49,903 nt of DNA from an uncultured Candidatus Saccharibacteria bacterium (lineage in GTDB: Bacteria; Patescibacteriota; Minisyncoccia; JACQLN01): NCBI GenBank assembly GCA_964365305.1, contig CAYIPG010000003.1, positions 1 to 49,903 on the forward strand, given 5' to 3'. Shown one piece after another: positions 35,288-44,843 of this stretch. Made by a program: the position numbers and the translations under genes. The notes beneath the pieces are model-generated. The model was not told the DNA's origin. It saw only the letters and a list, made by a program, of their open reading frames with translations, and ran no database searches. Within the stretch, counting starts at the first letter, position 1; every line of letters begins with the position of its first letter.

Positions 35288-36496
35288 ATGTCTAAAGTAG
35301 ATATTGATTCCTCAAAAATAAACGACTTTCTGGAAAGAGGCGTAAAAGAAGTAACCGTCAAAGAGAGTGTGTTGCGCAAACTCTCTTCGGGCCGGGTGTT
35401 GCGTATTAAACACGGCGTGGACCCTTCCGGTCAAGACCTGCACTTGGGCCATGCTGCGGTCTACTTAAAACTCCGAGATCTGCAGGATATGGGGCATAAG
35501 ATTGTTTTTTTGATCGGCGGCTTTACCGGCCGCTTTGGCGATCCCACCGAAAAAATGACTTCCCGCGCCTTAAAATCAAAAGAAGAAGCCGAAGCCAACG
35601 CCCGCGACTATGTTAATCAGATTTCAAAAATATTAAATGTAAAAGAACTGGAACTGCGCACCAACAGCGAGTGGTACGATAAAATGTCGGCCGAGGACTT
35701 TATAAAACTACTGGCTTATTTTACAGTAGATCAGGTTTTGGCGCGCGATATGTTCCAAGAACGAAAAAATAAAAAACTGCCCATCCGTTTGCACGAAACG
35801 GTCTATCCTATTTTGCAGGGTTACGATTCAGTTATGCTGAAAAGCGATCTAACGGTGATAGGCACCGACCAGGTCTTTAACGAAAATTTCGGGCGGGAAC
35901 TTCAAAAAAAATATAATCAAGAACCTCAAGACATCGTGGCGATTGAGATTTTGGTGGGTTTGGATGGCGCCAAAAAAATGGGCAAGAGCTTAAACAACTA
36001 TATTTCCATAAGCTCCGGCGCTCGCGAACAATTCGGACAAATAATGTCTCTGCCCGACAGCGCCATTATTGATTATTTTACCCTGACCACTCGGGTTGAT
36101 TTGAAAGAAATAAAAGAAATAGCGGTGTCGCTTAAAAATGACACTGTGAATCCTCGGGACTTGAAACTTCGGCTAGCTCAAGAAATAGTGGGATTTTATC
36201 ATTCTCCCCCAGAAGCCGCGAAAGAAGCCGAGAATTTCATTAAGACCTTTTCAAAAAAAGCGTTGCCGGAAGAAATAACTGAAATAGTTGTTAATGCGAA
36301 AGAATTGAAGTTGTTGGATATGATTATGGAGTCGGGTTTGTCCGGTTCCAAAAGCGAAGCCCGCCGCTTGATAGAAGACGGCGCGGTTGATATTGATGGC
36401 GCAACCATAAATTATCCCGATAAAATTATAAACATCGGCGGCGGTGTTGTTATCAAAATAGGTAAACATCGTTTTGCCAAAATAAAGGCCAAATAA
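35288..36496 (+). CDS. tyrS: Tyrosine-tRNA ligase
   Basis: DLHLGH, YPILQGYDS, GTDQ, KMGKS, S4-like C-terminal domain. Confidence 0.95.
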   Translation: MSKVDIDSSKINDFLERGVKEVTVKESVLRKLSSGRVLRIKHGVDPSGQDLHLGHAAVYLKLRDLQDMGHKIVFLIGGFTGRFGDPTEKMTSRALKSKEEAEANARDYVNQISKILNVKELELRTNSEWYDKMSAEDFIKLLAYFTVDQVLARDMFQERKNKKLPIRLHETVYPILQGYDSVMLKSDLTVIGTDQVFNENFGRELQKKYNQEPQDIVAIEILVGLDGAKKMGKSLNNYISISSGAREQFGQIMSLPDSAIIDYFTLTTRVDLKEIKEIAVSLKNDTVNPRDLKLRLAQEIVGFYHSPPEAAKEAENFIKTFSKKALPEEITEIVVNAKELKLLDMIMESGLSGSKSEARRLIEDGAVDIDGATINYPDKIINIGGGVVIKIGKHRFAKIKAK

Positions 36497-36497
36497 C

Positions 36498-36529
36498 AAA
36501 ACCCCCCGACGGTGCCGTCGGGGGGTTTT
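36498..36529. terminator. Bidirectional intrinsic terminator
   Basis: AAAACCCCCCGACGG-TG-CCGTCGGGGGGTTTT between convergent genes. Confidence 0.85.
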
Positions 36530-36535
36530 GATTTT

Positions 36536-36700
36536 TTATTCTAAATCCTCGTCGTCGTCACTATCGTCATCGCAATCTTCATCTTCATCCTCCCCATCTT
36601 CTTCCTCTTCTTCCACATCCTTCTCTTTCTCCACATCATCACCATCTGAATAAATATCATCACTTATAATACCGTCTGTGTTTTTGCGCTTATTTAACAT
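36536..36700 (-). CDS. Small, highly acidic protein (54 aa)
   Basis: MLNKRKNTDGIISDDIYSDGDDVEKEKDVEEEEEDGEDEDEDCDDDSDDDEDLE; TTGACC-17-TATTCT promoter at 36759-36731. Confidence 0.65.
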   Translation of the reverse strand: MLNKRKNTDGIISDDIYSDGDDVEKEKDVEEEEEDGEDEDEDCDDDSDDDEDLE

Positions 36701-36780
36701 ATTGTTTTATTTTTATAAAAACTTTATATAAGAATACACACAACTCCAAAACGGGTCAATATAGTGTTGTCCCCATAATG

Positions 36781-37260
36781 TTAAGATTGAAAATCGGCGG
36801 TATGGGCGCAACAAATAGCTATAGCCAGGGCGTCGGCAGCATCATTGGGTTGGGGATCTTTTTTTAAGCCCAAAATCAAACGCACCATCTTTTGAACTTG
36901 TTTTTTCTCGGCCCGGCCGTAACCGGAAACCGCCTGTTTAACCTGCAAAGGCGTAAATTCTTTTATTTTTAATTTATTTTGGGCGGCCGCCAGAATTATC
37001 ACTCCACGGGCTTCGCTAACTTGAATTACGGTTTTATTGTTCTTAAAAAAGAAAAGTTTTTCAACAGCCGCAATATCAACCGACCATTTTTTAATAAGAG
37101 CGTCTATTTTTTGATAGAGTTGGGCTAAATGAGAATAACCTTCCTTATCTGATACCAAATTAATACAACCATAATCAAGAAAGATTGTTTCTTTATTTTC
37201 AATTCGTAATAACCCATAACCGATCATATTTGTTCCAGGGTCAATACCTAAAATAGTCAT
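36781..37260 (-). CDS. ruvC: Crossover junction endodeoxyribonuclease RuvC
   Basis: ILGIDPG, AVEKLFF, QVKQAVSGYGRAEK, DAADALAIA. Confidence 0.96.
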   Translation of the reverse strand: MTILGIDPGTNMIGYGLLRIENKETIFLDYGCINLVSDKEGYSHLAQLYQKIDALIKKWSVDIAAVEKLFFFKNNKTVIQVSEARGVIILAAAQNKLKIKEFTPLQVKQAVSGYGRAEKKQVQKMVRLILGLKKDPQPNDAADALAIAICCAHTADFQS

Positions 37261-37261
37261 A

Positions 37262-37810
37262 TTATTCGCTATTAGTAAAAACCTCCGAGACATCTTCGTC
37301 TTCATCTAATTCTTCCATTAAGACCTCCAGTTTCTTTTCATCGTCGGGGCTAAGTTTTATCGTTTGTTTGGACAACCATTTTAATTCGCCGTTCTCTATT
37401 TTTCTTTCAAACATCCACCTCACACCGCCACTGCCCGATAAACCAGCCCCATTTTTAGACAAAATATGCTTTATTTCAGCCACTGTTCTGTTTTTGTTGG
37501 AAGTTATCGCCTCTATCATAATCGCCACACCACCCGGGCCATAGGCCTCATAAACAACTTCTTCTAAATTACTGCCTTCTTTATCCAACCCACCTCCTTT
37601 TTTAATAGCCCGCTCTATATTTATAGCCGGCATATTCACCGCCTTAGCGCTATCAATAACGGTCTTTAAAGATATGTTTATCTTAATATCTGTGCCTTTT
37701 TTAGCCGCTACTTCTATAAGTTTAGCCAACTTAGAAAAAACTCGGCCCTTTTTAGCGTCGGTTATTTCTTTCTTTCTTTTTATTTGAGACCACTTGCTAT
37801 GACCAGACAT
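37262..37810 (-). CDS. yebC: YebC/PmpR family protein (short form)
   Basis: MSGHSKWSQIKRKK, YEAYGPGG, NKNRT. Confidence 0.93.
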   Translation of the reverse strand: MSGHSKWSQIKRKKEITDAKKGRVFSKLAKLIEVAAKKGTDIKINISLKTVIDSAKAVNMPAINIERAIKKGGGLDKEGSNLEEVVYEAYGPGGVAIMIEAITSNKNRTVAEIKHILSKNGAGLSGSGGVRWMFERKIENGELKWLSKQTIKLSPDDEKKLEVLMEELDEDEDVSEVFTNSE

Positions 37811-37814
37811 AATG

Positions 37815-37921
37815 CGATGCTAATCTACGAATGACATGCGAATTATACTAATAGATACACAAATGCATTTTTATTCTTATAATTATTCGTGTCATTCGCA
37901 TAAATTTGTATATTGGCATCG
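37815..37921. repeat. GxxExxY-type inverted-repeat element between dnaN and yebC
   Basis: CGATGCTAATCTACGAATGACATGCGAATTATACTAATA...TATTCGTGTCATTCGCATAAATTTGTATATTGGCATCG. Confidence 0.9.
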
Positions 37922-37923
37922 GT

Positions 37924-39039
37924 TTAAGACCTTATCGGCATCACCAAATAAATAAAATTCTTATCGGAATCAGATTTAATCAAACAGGGTTTGGTGTTGT
38001 CAATAAAATTAAGTTCTATTTTATCAGAAGAGATAACAGTCAAACCATCTAAGAAATATTTCCAATTAAACTTAATTTCCAAATCCGCCCCCGACATATC
38101 CATAGCCATCTCGGAACTATTTTCTCCCAAGTCGGCATCGGTGGCAAAGACCTTAACTTGCGGGGTTTTGGTTTTATTAAAGGACAATAAAATATCACTT
38201 AGTCGGCCGGAAAAAACACTAACAAGTTTAATCAATTTAATAAACTCCTCTCTACTGATAATAATTTTAGTATTAAAGTCCGTTGGTATTAGTTTTTTAT
38301 AATCAGGGTAAGTCCCCTCAATTAACCGTGAAACAATTTCTGTTTTATTTGATTCAAAATATATCTGATTTTTTTCTATAACTATACTTAAAATATCATT
38401 AAAGTTGGAAAAAATTCTAATAACCTCAACTACTGTTTTTGACGGAACTATTACCGAAAAATTAACATCTTGAAACTCCTCCCTGGTTTTAATTTTATTT
38501 TCACCCAAACGAAAACTGTCAGTTCCCACTATTTTTATAAAATTATCTTCTTTATCTTTGGTTATAAGAACACCGGTTATTTCTGGCCTGGTCTCTGAAT
38601 TTGAAACAAAACCAACAACTTTATTTAATGATCTGCAAAATTCAGCCGCCTCAATTCTAATAATTAAATTTTTATTTAAGACCGGTATTATTGGAAAATC
38701 CTTAGCATTTTCCCCTTTTAATTCAGCTTTATAGTTTTCGGAGGATATTTCTAAAGCATTATTCTTTTTTAGTTCCAAAAAAACCTTATCGGCCGCCAAA
38801 CCGGAAATTATACTTGAAAAAATTTTAGCCGGCACTGTTATTTCACCAATATCCTCTACTTTACAAGGAAACCATGAAGAAATTCCTATTTCTAAATTAG
38901 TTGAGTTTATTTTTAAACCATTTTTTTCGGTTTTTAAGTGAATATTGTTTAAAATTGGCAAAGTTAAATGACGGGTTATAATTCTTTCAGTAAAAGTAAC
39001 CGATTCTTTAAGTTTTTGGGTTGAACAAATTATTTTCAT
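37924..39039 (-). CDS. dnaN: DNA polymerase III beta sliding clamp
   Basis: LPILNN, STNLEI, TDSFRL, SRLIEGTYPDY, LVMPIR; follows dnaA. Confidence 0.96.
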   Translation of the reverse strand: MKIICSTQKLKESVTFTERIITRHLTLPILNNIHLKTEKNGLKINSTNLEIGISSWFPCKVEDIGEITVPAKIFSSIISGLAADKVFLELKKNNALEISSENYKAELKGENAKDFPIIPVLNKNLIIRIEAAEFCRSLNKVVGFVSNSETRPEITGVLITKDKEDNFIKIVGTDSFRLGENKIKTREEFQDVNFSVIVPSKTVVEVIRIFSNFNDILSIVIEKNQIYFESNKTEIVSRLIEGTYPDYKKLIPTDFNTKIIISREEFIKLIKLVSVFSGRLSDILLSFNKTKTPQVKVFATDADLGENSSEMAMDMSGADLEIKFNWKYFLDGLTVISSDKIELNFIDNTKPCLIKSDSDKNFIYLVMPIRS

Positions 39040-39289
39040 TTAGTAGTTAATATATTTATACAAATTATTATTATTTACTATTATCCGTCCACAATGTTAA
39101 TATTTTAATTTTCCCCAGGAATTAATTAATCTTTGTTAAATAAAGTGTTAATTGTTTTGGGTACATCTTAGTATTACTTTGGGGATAGTTTTGAATATAT
39201 ATTTAATGACGCGATTTATCCAATATTTATTAACATAATTTCCTCAAACTAATTCAGTATTTATACACATTTTTTATTAGGGTGATTAA
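39040..39289. other. Probable replication origin (oriC) region
   Basis: AT-rich dnaA-dnaN gap; TTATACACA at 39261-39269 and degenerate DnaA boxes; more boxes upstream of dnaA (~40852-40882). Confidence 0.6.
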
Positions 39290-40669
39290 TCAAGATTGGT
39301 AAATTCTATTTTTAATTATATTAAGTTCTTCAATCATGGTTTCGTTGGACTGTATTTCTCGGTTTATTTTATCACAAGCGTGCATGACGGTGGTGTGATC
39401 CCGTCCGCCGAATTTTTCACCAATAAAAGGATAGGAATTTTTTAATTCTTCGCGCATTAAATACATGCAAATTTGGCGAGGCAGGACTATTTCTCTTTTT
39501 CTAGATTGAGTCATTAAATCCTCCTCTTTCAGATCGTAGAAATCAGCCACGGCTTTAATTATGGCCTTAGGTGTTGTTTTAGTGGTGTTGTTGTGGTTGG
39601 TTGAGGCCAATATTATTTTGGTTTTTTCAATACTGGGAATTAGCCCCTCAACTTTACAAGTCATCACCACTCTATTTAAGGCCCCCTCCAATTCTCTTAT
39701 ATTCTTAGTTATAGTGTTGGCTATATACGCTAAAATATCATCATTTAACTCGCCTAAGTCCTTTTCTATTAGTTTTGTTTTTAATATAGCGATTCTAGTC
39801 TCGTAGTCCGGCGGGGTGATATCGGCTATCATACCTCCTTCAAACCTAGACCTTAAACGATCTTCCAGGGTGGCGATGGCTTTGGGCGGGCGGTCTGAAG
39901 ATAGCACTATTTGGTTGTTTTTGCCGTAGAGTTCGTTAAAAATATGGAACAATTCTTCTTGGGTTTTCTCTTTTCCGGATAAAAATTGGACATCGTCTAA
40001 AATGAGCAGGTTTATTTTTTTGTATTCTTCCTTAAACTTATCAACTGTTTTATTTTTTATGGAAGTTATAAGGTCGCCCGAGAATTTTTCGGTTGATAGA
40101 TATTTTATTTTGCTTTTAGGGTTATTTTTTAAGACCTCATTGCCGATGGACTGGAGTAGGTGCGTTTTGCCCAAACCCACGCCGCCATAAATAAACAGCG
40201 GGTTGTAAATAGTTCCGGGATTTTTACTTACAGCCACTGCGGCGGCATGCGCCAATTGGTTGGCGGAACCCACTACAAACGAATCAAAAGTATATCTAGA
40301 GTTAAGATTGGTTTCTTTATCTGGAATAACTGTTTCCGAAAGGTTTAGTTGGATATCTGAAGCAAAAGATAAAGCATGTTCTTTTTTTCTGCTTTGGCTT
40401 AAATGTTTTTCGGCTTCAATGGCCTGGGTCTTGATAATAAACCGGATTTCTTTGGTGTCCGGGGCCATATTTCTTAAAATTTTAAGTATTAACAGGTTAT
40501 ATTTTGTTTCCAACCACTCTTTATTGAAAGCGTTGGGAGTAGATAAAAGCACTACCCCATCTTTTTTAGATATTATGGAAGTATTCCTAAACCAAGTTAC
40601 AAAATTGGCTTTGGATAGCGAAAGTTCTACTTCCGCTAAAGCTGATTGCCACAATTCGTCTTTGTCCAT
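39290..40669 (-). CDS. dnaA: Chromosomal replication initiator DnaA
   Basis: YTFDSFVVG, YNPLFIYGGVGLGKTHL, DDVQF, RELEGAL, GGRDHTTVMHA; start at 40669 or 40693. Confidence 0.98.
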   Translation of the reverse strand: MDKDELWQSALAEVELSLSKANFVTWFRNTSIISKKDGVVLLSTPNAFNKEWLETKYNLLILKILRNMAPDTKEIRFIIKTQAIEAEKHLSQSRKKEHALSFASDIQLNLSETVIPDKETNLNSRYTFDSFVVGSANQLAHAAAVAVSKNPGTIYNPLFIYGGVGLGKTHLLQSIGNEVLKNNPKSKIKYLSTEKFSGDLITSIKNKTVDKFKEEYKKINLLILDDVQFLSGKEKTQEELFHIFNELYGKNNQIVLSSDRPPKAIATLEDRLRSRFEGGMIADITPPDYETRIAILKTKLIEKDLGELNDDILAYIANTITKNIRELEGALNRVVMTCKVEGLIPSIEKTKIILASTNHNNTTKTTPKAIIKAVADFYDLKEEDLMTQSRKREIVLPRQICMYLMREELKNSYPFIGEKFGGRDHTTVMHACDKINREIQSNETMIEELNIIKNRIYQS

Positions 40670-40910
40670 GTTTTTATTTAGTCCAACCGCCAAATAAAAA
40701 ATATTTTTAAAAGATAACTTCCAAAAAATCAGGTTACTTTTTATATTCGCGTCTCGTAGCTTAAAATCAAAGCGTCGTGAGAGAAAAATCTTCGTTGGGA
40801 ATTATATCACAAGGCCTAACAAATAAAAATTTGCTCCAAAAGACGGTTTATTGTGGAAAAGATGTTGATGTAATGTGGATTACTAAAATTATAGAATTAA
40901 GATTAATAAT

Positions 40911-40939
40911 TTGTCTAATTTAGTTGTGGCTGTTAAACT
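40911..40939 (+). promoter_or_regulatory. Promoter of the rpmH operon
   Basis: TTGTCT-17-TAAACT immediately before the repeat element. Confidence 0.5.
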
Positions 40940-40944
40940 GGTAG

Positions 40945-41038
40945 ACGATGCTAATCAACGAATGACATGCGAATCTACAAATAAGATATTCGAATCTTTT
41001 ATTAGTATCATTCGCATAAATTAGTATATTGGCATCGT
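40945..41038. repeat. GxxExxY-type inverted-repeat element upstream of rpmH
   Basis: ACGATGCTAATCAACGAATGACATGCGAATC...TAGTATCATTCGCATAAATTAGTATATTGGCATCGT. Confidence 0.9.
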
Positions 41039-41042
41039 GTCT

Positions 41043-41180
41043 ATGAAAATAACAAAATACAGGCCCAAGAATAGAAAAAGGAAAAAGACCCACGGTTTTT
41101 TTACTAGGATGTCAACCTTAGCCGGCCGAAATACTTTAAAAAGAAGACGGCTCAAAAAGAGACGCAAACTTACTGTTTAG
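41043..41180 (+). CDS. rpmH: 50S ribosomal protein L34
   Basis: [45 protein letters not shown]; below the ORF-track length cutoff. Confidence 0.95.
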   Translation: MKITKYRPKNRKRKKTHGFFTRMSTLAGRNTLKRRRLKKRRKLTV

Positions 41181-41187
41181 ACGGTTT

Positions 41188-41478
41188 ATGAAAATAGCTG
41201 GTCATTGGACCGATATTTACTTAACTAAACCAGAGTCCACTCACCAGCCCTTTAGGCGCGCGGTGGTGAGTTCTAAAATTTCTAAGAAGGCCGTAGTTAG
41301 AAATCTTCTTAAAAGGCGGTTGCGCCAAATTTTAAAAGAGGTTTTAAAAAAAGAGACCTATTTGGCCTCTTTGAATATCGCTGTAGTCGCTAAACTTGGA
41401 ATTTCGGCCGCTAGTTTTCAGGAATTAAAAAAAGATGTTATCAAACTTTTTGAAAAAATTAGGCAGTCGGCTAGTTAG
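41188..41478 (+). CDS. rnpA: Ribonuclease P protein component (short)
   Basis: VVSSKISKKAVVRNLLKRRLR RNR motif; synteny. Confidence 0.88.
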   Translation: MKIAGHWTDIYLTKPESTHQPFRRAVVSSKISKKAVVRNLLKRRLRQILKEVLKKETYLASLNIAVVAKLGISAASFQELKKDVIKLFEKIRQSAS

Positions 41479-41695
41479 AATTATTTTTATTTACCCTGTG
41501 GTAATCTACCAAAAATTATTGTCGCCTTATTTAGGCCTGGTTTTTAGTTCGCCGGTGTTTAGTTTGATCCCGGGAATAAAATCGGGCTGCCGGTTGAAGC
41601 CGACTTGTTCCCATTATTATCTACAAGTTGTTTCGGATCACGGCTTATCTAAGGGTTTAGGGTTGTTTTTAAAACGGCTCTATCGGTGTCGGTAG
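41435..41695 (+). CDS. yidD: Membrane protein insertion efficiency factor
   Basis: YQKLLSP, CRLKPTCSHY, RLYRC; synteny. Confidence 0.85.
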   Translation: MLSNFLKKLGSRLVRIIFIYPVVIYQKLLSPYLGLVFSSPVFSLIPGIKSGCRLKPTCSHYYLQVVSDHGLSKGLGLFLKRLYRCR

Positions 41696-41704
41696 CTTAA
41701 ATAA

Positions 41705-42427
41705 ATGCTTTATTTATATAACGAGTTTTTATATCGCCCTCTTTTTAACCTGTTGGTGTTTTTTTATAATACTATCGCCTTTTCGGATATTGGTATCGCC
41801 ATTGTTCTGCTGACTGTGTTCACCCGGTTAATTTTCTTGCCTCTATCCCAGAAATCCATAAAATCTCAAAAGGTTTTGCAGGAACTACAGCCCCAGATTA
41901 AAGCCCTGCAGGAAAAATATAAAGATAATAAAGAAGAACAGGGCCGTCAGGTGATGGCTTTTTATAAAAACAACAAAATCAACCCACTGTCCGGCTGTTT
42001 ACCTTTGTTGATTCAACTACCTATTTTAATTGCTTTATATCAAGTGTTTCTTAAGGGTTTTGACGAGAGTAGTTTGAATTTTTTATACAGTTTTATCGCC
42101 AATCCCGGGAAAATAAATCCGATTTCTTTGGGTTGGTTGAATTTGGCGGCGCCCAACATATTTTTCGCTATTTTAGCCGGTCTGGCCCAGTTTTGGCAGG
42201 CCAAAATGATCACACCTAAAAATAAACTCCCAAGCGCTCCCAAAACATCCGACGAATTTATGGCCCAGGCGATTTCCAAACAGACCCTCTATTTTTTGCC
42301 GGTGTTAACGGTGGTTATTTCTTGGCGGTTGCCTTCGGGCTTGGCGCTTTATTGGCTGATTACCACCATATTTACGGTGCTCCAACAATATGTTATTATC
42401 CGTCCCGCACCCTCTATTAAAAAGTAA
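41705..42427 (+). CDS. yidC: YidC/Oxa1 membrane protein insertase
   Basis: INPLSGCLPLLIQLPILIALY, PSGLALYW. Confidence 0.95.
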   Translation: MLYLYNEFLYRPLFNLLVFFYNTIAFSDIGIAIVLLTVFTRLIFLPLSQKSIKSQKVLQELQPQIKALQEKYKDNKEEQGRQVMAFYKNNKINPLSGCLPLLIQLPILIALYQVFLKGFDESSLNFLYSFIANPGKINPISLGWLNLAAPNIFFAILAGLAQFWQAKMITPKNKLPSAPKTSDEFMAQAISKQTLYFLPVLTVVISWRLPSGLALYWLITTIFTVLQQYVIIRPAPSIKK

Positions 42428-42433
42428 AGGGGT

Positions 42434-42922
42434 TTGGATATGGATAAAGAAAAGGTTATACGAGATTTAATAACTCGATTCTTGGAACTTATCGGCGCTG
42501 ATGTTATTGGTCTGGAAATCAAGCAAGACTTGGAAAATACTAAGGTTAGCGCTACTGTGGGCGAGGCCGGTTTTTTGATCGGCCACGATGGCGAAAATTT
42601 ACGAGCCATTCAGTATATTTTAGCGCTGATGGTGGCGAGGCAGACCCAAGAAATTTTTAAACCCAGCGCTTTTACCATAGATATAAATAATTATCGCCAG
42701 GAAAAAGAAAATTATTTAACGGCTCTGGCCAAAAATTCGGCGGCCGAGGTTTTAGAAACAAAAAAATCGGTGGAACTGGAACCCATGCCGGCCTATGAGC
42801 GAAGAATCGTTCATATAACTCTGGAAAAGATAGAAGGAATTAAAAGCGAGAGTGTGGGCGAAGGAGAAGAAAGGAGGATTGTTATCAAACCAGAGCATAA
42901 TGCGATGCCAATCAGCGAATGA
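42434..42922 (+). CDS. Jag/KhpB-like KH-R3H RNA-binding protein
   Basis: LIGHDGENLRAIQ KH, PMPAYERRIVH R3H; C-terminus extended by the repeat element. Confidence 0.9.
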   Translation: MDMDKEKVIRDLITRFLELIGADVIGLEIKQDLENTKVSATVGEAGFLIGHDGENLRAIQYILALMVARQTQEIFKPSAFTIDINNYRQEKENYLTALAKNSAAEVLETKKSVELEPMPAYERRIVHITLEKIEGIKSESVGEGEERRIVIKPEHNAMPISE

Positions 42923-42998
42923 CATGCGAATTATACAAATATATTTACGAGTTCGTTTTCTATTCGTATCATTCGCATAAATTAGTATATTAACATCG
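42903..42998. repeat. GxxExxY-type inverted-repeat element after jag
   Basis: CGATGCCAATCAGCGAATGACATGCGAATTATACAAAT...TATTCGTATCATTCGCATAAATTAGTATATTAACATCG. Confidence 0.9.
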
Positions 42999-43000
42999 TG

Positions 43001-44110
43001 TTAGAGCGTTAAGCGATACAGTCGGCCGTCTATTTTATTTATAAAGAAAAGATAGGCCTCGTTGGCCGAGAGCAACAAGTCGGTAGCGTCGGTTGGAATT
43101 TTAATAATATCTTTTTGCTCGCCGGTTTCAATATTTATTTTAACAATTGTTTCAGCGCCGGGCCTTAATTTGCCTTTATAGTAATCATCAGGCATCATAA
43201 ATTCGTTGTCGGTTTCAAAGCGGGAGCAGAATAAAGAACGGTTGTCTTGCACCCAAAGGCATTTTTCGGGCAACGAGAACAAGTCCATCCTTTTTTCCGT
43301 TTTTTTAATTAGATCTAAGACCTTTATTTCTAGGTTAAGGCCATTTTCGTCGGTCTTAGAAACCAAAACCTTGTCGCCCACCGGTGAGAACAACGCCGTT
43401 AAACCATAGGTATTGCCGATAATGCGGTTGATTTTTTTGGTCTTTATATCAACCAAATACAACAAACCGTAGGCCAAACCCGAGGGTCGGGTTGTTAGCG
43501 CGATGGTGTTACTGGTGGGCCAAACCAGCATCAAATCGGGAATTTTAATTGAAGCAATTGTGGTGGTTTTGGCTTGATCATCAACCACAACCAATTGCCG
43601 CAGGCCTTTATCTAACAACGCCATAGCTATTTTGGAGCCGCGGGGTTCAAAGGCCGAGGCCTCCATGTTTTGTGGCAAGGCCTTAATGGTTTTGTTTTCT
43701 AAATCAAAAATTAAATAGCGGTTTTGGCCCGAGGGCAGGGTCTGGCGCAATGATATTTTTTTACCATCGTCCGAGAACTCCACTCGGCTTATTTTTTCGC
43801 TGGCCACCGTGCCGAGTTTGGTTTTGCTTTGGCCGTCTTGGTCTATTTGGTTGATGGCGCCGTCCCAGGCCACATAGTTTATTTTACCGTCTGGATTCAA
43901 ACCAGCGCCCAAGACCGATTCTTCGGTTAAAGCTATCAGCCGTTCTTTGGTTTCGGGAACGAGCTCGGAAATTTCTGGAATTTCGCCCGGGCTGGGCGGA
44001 GGAGTTACGGGTCGTTTCTTAAAGAAAAGATTATAAATCACCAAAATAACAAAAACAATAACTAGAATTACAGCGGTTATGATCAATATTTTTTTTATTC
44101 GGTGGCTCAT
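43001..44110 (-). CDS. Membrane-anchored beta-propeller-like hypothetical protein
   Basis: N-terminal TM anchor, Pro linker, WD/TolB-like strands (FSDDGKK, FSPVGDK). Confidence 0.7.
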   Translation of the reverse strand: MSHRIKKILIITAVILVIVFVILVIYNLFFKKRPVTPPPSPGEIPEISELVPETKERLIALTEESVLGAGLNPDGKINYVAWDGAINQIDQDGQSKTKLGTVASEKISRVEFSDDGKKISLRQTLPSGQNRYLIFDLENKTIKALPQNMEASAFEPRGSKIAMALLDKGLRQLVVVDDQAKTTTIASIKIPDLMLVWPTSNTIALTTRPSGLAYGLLYLVDIKTKKINRIIGNTYGLTALFSPVGDKVLVSKTDENGLNLEIKVLDLIKKTEKRMDLFSLPEKCLWVQDNRSLFCSRFETDNEFMMPDDYYKGKLRPGAETIVKINIETGEQKDIIKIPTDATDLLLSANEAYLFFINKIDGRLYRLTL

Positions 44111-44113
44111 ATT

Positions 44114-44791
44114 TTATTGTTGTGGCGTTTGAATGCCCGCTGGTCGTGTTCCGCCAGTGGGTGGGTTTGCTACTGGATTGGCCGGTAATGACTCACTGGA
44201 TTGAGGCGGCAGTTGTAATTGCGTCCCTATACAATATCCAACTTTTTTTGAATCGGCGCCCGAACAAACAGTTCCTTCTATGCAATCAAAATTAACCTTG
44301 CACATACCCCCGCGGGCACTTTTTTGGCAAACACTTTTGTCGCACACACTAGATAGGCAAACAGAATAGTTATTGCACGAACCACCAGCGCCTTTAAGTC
44401 CTAGAGCAACATAAGGATCGCCTTGAATGTAAAAACTAACATCGGGATTGCGGAAATTAACAAGGTCGGGATTGATGGTGTTAAGAACAATATAAGAACC
44501 CAAGAGTATTAACAGGCCGATGATGGCTTTTTTTATTCTTTCGCGGGCCGCCGAGACCTTGCTGCTATTTTCGCCGGCTAACATCCATTCTATGCCGGCG
44601 CGGGTGAAGGCGTAGATCAAACCCAAACCCACTATACCCAAGGCAAAAACAAAAATATAGTTGATCCATTGAGCCGGGCCAAAAGTGTCCTGGGGTTTAA
44701 TGCCGCCAAACGCCGGAAAATCAACTTCCAAAGCCAACACTACTGTTGGCACGAGCGTTATTATCGCCAAAATAACGATTATAAACTTCAT
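44114..44791 (-). CDS. VirB2/TrbC-like pilin with Cys-rich C-terminal domain
   Basis: AGIEWMLAG...SAARERIKKAIIGLLILLGSYIVLNTINPDL pilin motif; start moved to MKFII. Confidence 0.7.
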   Translation of the reverse strand: MKFIIVILAIITLVPTVVLALEVDFPAFGGIKPQDTFGPAQWINYIFVFALGIVGLGLIYAFTRAGIEWMLAGENSSKVSAARERIKKAIIGLLILLGSYIVLNTINPDLVNFRNPDVSFYIQGDPYVALGLKGAGGSCNNYSVCLSSVCDKSVCQKSARGGMCKVNFDCIEGTVCSGADSKKVGYCIGTQLQLPPQSSESLPANPVANPPTGGTRPAGIQTPQQ

Positions 44792-44800
44792 TCGTTTTTT

Positions 44801-44838
44801 TATTAGTATCATTCGCATGAATTCGTAGATTAGCATCG
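44801..44838. repeat. GxxExxY-type repeat, single arm
   Basis: TATTAGTATCATTCGCATGAATTCGTAGATTAGCATCG. Confidence 0.85.
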
Positions 44839-44843
44839 CAAAT

